A stretch of 64,000 nt of DNA from a virus. The notes beneath the pieces were generated by a model that was not told the origin of the DNA, did not search any database, and saw only the letters and a program-made list of their open reading frames with translations. Positions 59,589 to 64,000 of the stretch are shown here, piece by piece; positions within the stretch are counted from its first letter, which is position 1; every line of letters begins with the position of its first letter. The translations under genes were made by a program, and so were the position numbers. The stretch is from the IMG/VR virus record IMGVR_UViG_3300025012_000046, positions 1 through 64,000 of that record; one strand, written 5' to 3'.

Positions 59589-62500
59589 TTACCCACCATC
59601 TGTGCCTAACGTTACATCCTTCCAAGCAAAGGTAGTACCTCCGTCAGTAGATACACATATCTGTAACTGGTCGGTGCCGCTGGTCTGTTTGTGCGCCCAC
59701 AACGTCAACCGTGTTGCCGCCGCGCATGTGGGGCGGGCAAAGTTAGGAGCGGTGCCCCCTTCTGTGCTGCCGGTCAATTGCATCCCGCTATCGTTGCGGA
59801 GGGTCAGGTTAATCGCCCCAGTGCTGCCTACGCTGCCCATAAGTAAGTCGGTGGGGATAGTGTCACCCGATACTGTTCCGTTGATTTTGGCGTAAAGTTG
59901 CGCTCTCATCTGATAATCAGGACTTGCCCCACCATAGGCATACCATCGGAAGCCACCTAAGATATGAGTATCAGCCATAGCGGAGGGGGAAGCCCAACTG
60001 CCTTGTGATGCTGACATGACTATCCAGGGTCCACGCGGATTAGTGGAGCTGGAACGGCCAAACCAAGGGCCGCGCGTGTTGGTTGTGCCTTCGTCAACTG
60101 TTAAGAAAGGGTGTGCATTGGTGCCAGCGGCGGTGCTTCCTGGTGCTGCCGTGCCTATGGACAGCCTGCCGCCTGATAGGCGCATTTGTTCGGTATTGTC
60201 CTCAGTGAAAGAAAGGTATCCATCTGAGGTATCAGTGGCAGTTATGGAGGTGTCGCCAGCGCCTACAGATGTTGCCGCACCTGACACGACACTTTCAACC
60301 TGATAAACCCCCGTTGTTGAATCCAAGGGGGCAATAACAGCGCCCTTATACGCGCCCAATGTCCAAGCTGCGTTACTTCTGGCACCGTTAATATTGAAGT
60401 AATCACCAGCAGAAGCACTATCAATGGTCATGTCTGAAGATGTATTATTGACCAGCAGCGTTCGTGCTGGCTTTGTCGTATAAGTTGACCCGGTGCTAAT
60501 AATCTGTGGCACTGTGTGCGCCGTCCCTCCCGTAAAAATAACCACCTTTCCAAAGTCACTTACACTAGGATTCTGACCATCGCCATAGGATACTATGGCG
60601 CTGTATTGCATCCCCCCAGCGCCGGTAAGCTGTGACCCATCCCCAATAAACGCCGTTGCTTTGACATTGCCGCCAACTTCCAACGCTTCCGTAGGGTCAG
60701 AGGTAAATTGACTTGGATTGCCAGAACGAGCTAAATTGATACCTACATAGCCATCCTTAGTTATTCGTAGCCCTTCGGTTTCGATTGTAGAATCTGTAGG
60801 AATGGTGTAAAGAGAAGTCCGAAATGGATTGGACGTTGCGGACCATGCACCTTGAGATACAGAGTCTTGAGTGATTTTACCTACTGTAAATTTAGAATTA
60901 TCAGCATTGGTTCCTGAAGCAGTAGCCCCCTTTACCTGGAATACTCCCAACCTCATACCATCGGTAATCGCAGTGAAACTTTCTTTTGTCCCACCTGCAC
61001 GTTGAAAAACATGTCTTGCGGCTCCGGCTGCGGTATCCTGAAATGAAGCTATGGCGAAGCCGGTAGAACCATTCGATGAGCCGTGTACATCATAAATAGC
61101 TTCGGTAGTGGACATATTACCAAAGGCCACCCTCCCATTACTTGCATTCACCTTCAAAGTGGAGTGGGTAAAGCCACCAGCCCCATCGGTTATCTGCACC
61201 GCTCCGGTCTGCCCACTGGACACCGCCCCGCCTGCCCCTGCCTGCCACGAACCGTCATCGCGTAAAAACTTGGTGCCAGTGCGTGTTCCAGACCCTAACC
61301 ATGCAGGATTCGCGTAGGTCACATTTGCAGGGTTAGACATAAGAACCATTGAGGTCGAGCTGTTGATTATATTGGTTCCTGATATTGTTCTAAACTCGTT
61401 GAATCCAACTGTGCCAGTACAACCAGTCCCTATATTGATTCCATCGGTAAGATTAAACAGTATGTTACCTGTGATGGATGCAGAAAGAGTGTCAGTTATT
61501 TTAATGCCTGTTGCCGCCGTACTCGCTGCACCCATGATTTCGTTGCCGGTAATAACAACATCATAAGCGTTATCTATATCAATTCCGTCAACGCCAGCGT
61601 TCCATGCTCCTAATTCGTTGCCAGTTATCCAGATTCTACCCATACCATCACCAGCGGCATCTGATCTGATCTTGATAACAGCCCCAGACGTTCCTATGTA
61701 ATTTTCAAAGGAACAGCCAGTAACCTGTAGAATGGTCAGAGCACCAACCGGGCCTTTGGTGGTTACGTTGTATTCAATAGCGGCAGTAAGGCCGTTGAAC
61801 AGCTTGGAGTTTTCAATACTCAATCCACTGCCAGAAACAACATAGATAAGTTTATCCATGTTGTTGCCGCTGAACTGGCACTGTGTTATTCGATGATCGC
61901 CGCCGTCAGTGTCAGGATGGTCTATGTATAAACCGATAGCGCCAGTAGAGTTTGAGTGTATGCGACATAGGTGGAGTTTGGCAAAGTTTGCCTCATAAAG
62001 AGCTATACCTATTTTATTATCAAGTACGTCCACTCGCACAATATCGGTATAACGAATATAAAGAGATGGATCGCCGGAATACGTCTTAGGCCCAACCGCA
62101 ATTCCTGTCTGCCCTGTTCCTGGTGTACCTAATGGTGAAATAGTGAAGTCTTGTAAGGTACAGTTGAAAGATTTTATCCAAAGTATCTCACCTGCAAAAT
62201 CACCTTTTATAATAGTCTTGTTGCGCCCCTGCCCTTCGATCTTGGTATTAACATCTAGGGTTTCATTGAGAACATACGTCTTCGGACCTAATACTACTTT
62301 CTTGGTAGTCCCGGCTGCAACAGATGCCTCCTTGAGTGCTGCGTAATCCACATACTGAGTGTTTACGTTAGTAATTCCGGCATTGGGCCATTTGGCTTGT
62401 GCCGTCCCTAATGTATAACCAGCAGATGCGAGGGTATGTGCTGAACCATCGCCTATGGGGTCATAGACATCTGCATAGACAATCAGCCCTACAGCGTTGA

Positions 62501-62858
62501 GGAGTTTGTACCAAAGGGGTTTTAGTAGCCCCGCACTGGTGGCTGTTGCATCTGGTATCCGGTCATCCCCACTAGATGTGTAGTGCTGTAGCGCGTGGGC
62601 TTTGGTAGCATACCCCTCCGCCACCCCATCATTCGTAGCCCTGCCCCCACCTGCGGAGGTATACGCCCCAAACCCCGCCTGCGTCTGGTAGGTGGCGGCG
62701 GCTTCCGTTTTGGGTAAGCGGTCAACGGTCGTGTAGTTTTTAAGAGCAGTATTGTCCTTAACCGGGACCCACGCTCCATCCTTACGCACATGGAGAGTAG
62801 GCGCAGCTATTGCTGCGGTACATATTAATGCTAGTGCGAGTGTGAGTAACTTTTTCAT
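59589..62858 (-). CDS. tail fibre / tailspike with a right-handed beta-helix (pectin-lyase-like) domain
   Basis: IEGQGRNKTII start of the beta-helix; repeated I-T-G-N rungs; GxVGI fibre motifs; signal-peptide-like N-terminus; higher GC. Confidence 0.75.
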   Translation of the reverse strand: MKKLLTLALALICTAAIAAPTLHVRKDGAWVPVKDNTALKNYTTVDRLPKTEAAATYQTQAGFGAYTSAGGGRATNDGVAEGYATKAHALQHYTSSGDDRIPDATATSAGLLKPLWYKLLNAVGLIVYADVYDPIGDGSAHTLASAGYTLGTAQAKWPNAGITNVNTQYVDYAALKEASVAAGTTKKVVLGPKTYVLNETLDVNTKIEGQGRNKTIIKGDFAGEILWIKSFNCTLQDFTISPLGTPGTGQTGIAVGPKTYSGDPSLYIRYTDIVRVDVLDNKIGIALYEANFAKLHLCRIHSNSTGAIGLYIDHPDTDGGDHRITQCQFSGNNMDKLIYVVSGSGLSIENSKLFNGLTAAIEYNVTTKGPVGALTILQVTGCSFENYIGTSGAVIKIRSDAAGDGMGRIWITGNELGAWNAGVDGIDIDNAYDVVITGNEIMGAASTAATGIKITDTLSASITGNILFNLTDGINIGTGCTGTVGFNEFRTISGTNIINSSTSMVLMSNPANVTYANPAWLGSGTRTGTKFLRDDGSWQAGAGGAVSSGQTGAVQITDGAGGFTHSTLKVNASNGRVAFGNMSTTEAIYDVHGSSNGSTGFAIASFQDTAAGAARHVFQRAGGTKESFTAITDGMRLGVFQVKGATASGTNADNSKFTVGKITQDSVSQGAWSATSNPFRTSLYTIPTDSTIETEGLRITKDGYVGINLARSGNPSQFTSDPTEALEVGGNVKATAFIGDGSQLTGAGGMQYSAIVSYGDGQNPSVSDFGKVVIFTGGTAHTVPQIISTGSTYTTKPARTLLVNNTSSDMTIDSASAGDYFNINGARSNAAWTLGAYKGAVIAPLDSTTGVYQVESVVSGAATSVGAGDTSITATDTSDGYLSFTEDNTEQMRLSGGRLSIGTAAPGSTAAGTNAHPFLTVDEGTTNTRGPWFGRSSSTNPRGPWIVMSASQGSWASPSAMADTHILGGFRWYAYGGASPDYQMRAQLYAKINGTVSGDTIPTDLLMGSVGSTGAINLTLRNDSGMQLTGSTEGGTAPNFARPTCAAATRLTLWAHKQTSGTDQLQICVSTDGGTTFAWKDVTLGTDGG

Positions 62859-62872
62859 TTATATCCTCCGGC

Positions 62873-64000
62873 TTATTCTATTACGAAAGGCTGCCCTGCT
62901 GTCCAACTCCCTGTCTGTGTTCCACCTTCGGTCTTATTCTCTATTACACGTACTTTAGGTGTATATGTTCCAGTGCTTAGTTTAGAGATTGATACGTTAT
63001 ACCCAGCACCTTGGAACGCTGATACATCTGAAGTCTCAGTTAGCGATACTGTTCTGCTATCAGCTATGGCAGCATCTTCATCAGCGTCAGTACCACTTAA
63101 TTGCCAGATGATCTGGATAGTGTTTATTGTGTCACCGGTGCCTATGCCTGATACTGTGCCTGTAATTGTGAATGTGGTGTTACTTAGTGGTTGTACCGCG
63201 CCGATATAAGTGTTGGTAAGCGAAGGATCGCCTGATGCCATAAAAGACGCTGTTGGTTTTAGCGCCGTCCTGACGTTGGATAGAACAGCCGTCAATGTGT
63301 ACTCCGACGGAGTGACCCTTTGTGCGGGGCTACTATGATCCCATCCATTTATGGACACGATCCGTTGAGCACACACAGCGGTTGTGGCCGCATTACCACA
63401 GGCAGATAAAACTGTAATGCCCCTGTTGGCGAACAGTGGGTCGCCGTAGCGGTCATGTGTGGCGTAGTCAGCACCAAAAGTTTGACCACTGATCCAAGCT
63501 ACCCCGCCTCCTTCCGCGCCCATGTAGCTGTTTTGACTTGCTGCGTGAGTATGCCCTACCGGATAATCCAGATTCCCTGCGGTAGTGTTAAGATATGACG
63601 CGTTATAGTCTAGTACCAGTTGGGTCTGTGCTTGATTGGCCTGTCGGTGAATACCGGCAGTTGCGGGAGACTCACCCGAATCCCATCCCATAAAGTTGTT
63701 TTTTACTGTTTTGAGCATCGTTACTGGCGCTAAAGTTTCGCCGGTCTGAATTAAACTGGACTTTGCACCAACGACAGTATTGTTGATAACGTCTATATCC
63801 GTGTCCGCAGCCTGAGTACCGCCGACCAACGCCCCTATACCTGCCAGCCCAATGTTGTTTTTGACCGTTGCATAGCCATTAATGACTCCTTCACCATAAT
63901 CACCGGCAGGCGTATTTATACCAGTGAAAATATTTCCATCAGCAACTAACCCGTTTCCAGCTCCGTCAATTATTGCGCTTCTATCTGCTGCAATGTAATG
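62873..64000 (-). CDS. beta-helix virion/tail protein, partial (runs off the window)
   Basis: frame is open from 64000 (HYIAADRSAII...) to the stop at 62873; VKNNI/VINNT rungs; GDPLF. Confidence 0.65.
   Translation of the reverse strand, partial: HYIAADRSAIIDGAGNGLVADGNIFTGINTPAGDYGEGVINGYATVKNNIGLAGIGALVGGTQAADTDIDVINNTVVGAKSSLIQTGETLAPVTMLKTVKNNFMGWDSGESPATAGIHRQANQAQTQLVLDYNASYLNTTAGNLDYPVGHTHAASQNSYMGAEGGGVAWISGQTFGADYATHDRYGDPLFANRGITVLSACGNAATTAVCAQRIVSINGWDHSSPAQRVTPSEYTLTAVLSNVRTALKPTASFMASGDPSLTNTYIGAVQPLSNTTFTITGTVSGIGTGDTINTIQIIWQLSGTDADEDAAIADSRTVSLTETSDVSAFQGAGYNVSISKLSTGTYTPKVRVIENKTEGGTQTGSWTAGQPFVIE

Noticed and set aside
1-64000. Stop-codon reassignment or alternative genetic code
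   Set aside because: TAA, TAG and TGA all terminate well-supported genes, and long genes are intact under the standard code.

Overview
A 64-kb segment of a large, apparently lytic dsDNA tailed-phage genome (no integrase, repressor or host genes seen). From 1 to ~57.1 kb almost every gene is on the + strand. The first ~20 kb is an early/accessory region of small ORFs: an ArdA-like and other acidic proteins, many Zn-ribbon microproteins, and a membrane-anchored lytic transglycosylase. It is followed by a T5-style replication, recombination and nucleotide-metabolism block: SF2 helicase, DnaB-like helicase, primase, RNA ligase, HslV-like protease, family A polymerase with an N-terminal UDG-like domain, DNA ligase, ThyX, flap nuclease, putative SSB, SbcD/SbcC, RuvC-like resolvase, HD and phosphoesterase proteins, dUTPase, class II ribonucleotide reductase and three free-standing endonucleases. 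After a terminator at ~57.15 kb, the - strand carries the end of a late module (class 3 lipase, lipoprotein, GC-richer beta-helix tail proteins). Structures the ORF track does not explain: (1) a 16-bp palindrome AGCTAA-N4-TTAGCT found nine times at 1.5-11.1 kb; (2) a ~300-nt promoter-driven multi-hairpin non-coding region at 4.2-4.5 kb; (3) a 119-aa gene whose 5' and 3' UTRs form a perfect 17-bp inverted repeat; (4) a CCA-ending tRNA-like RNA with a 25-nt insert in place of the anticodon loop, just upstream of the helicase; (5) a pseudoknotted intergenic RNA at 53.3-53.5 kb; (6) an apparently inactive DNA-ligase paralogue with a C-terminal Zn finger. Several small genes carry indels in homopolymers or short repeats that may be assembly errors. 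All calls come from visual motif recognition and manual pairing; no searches were run.
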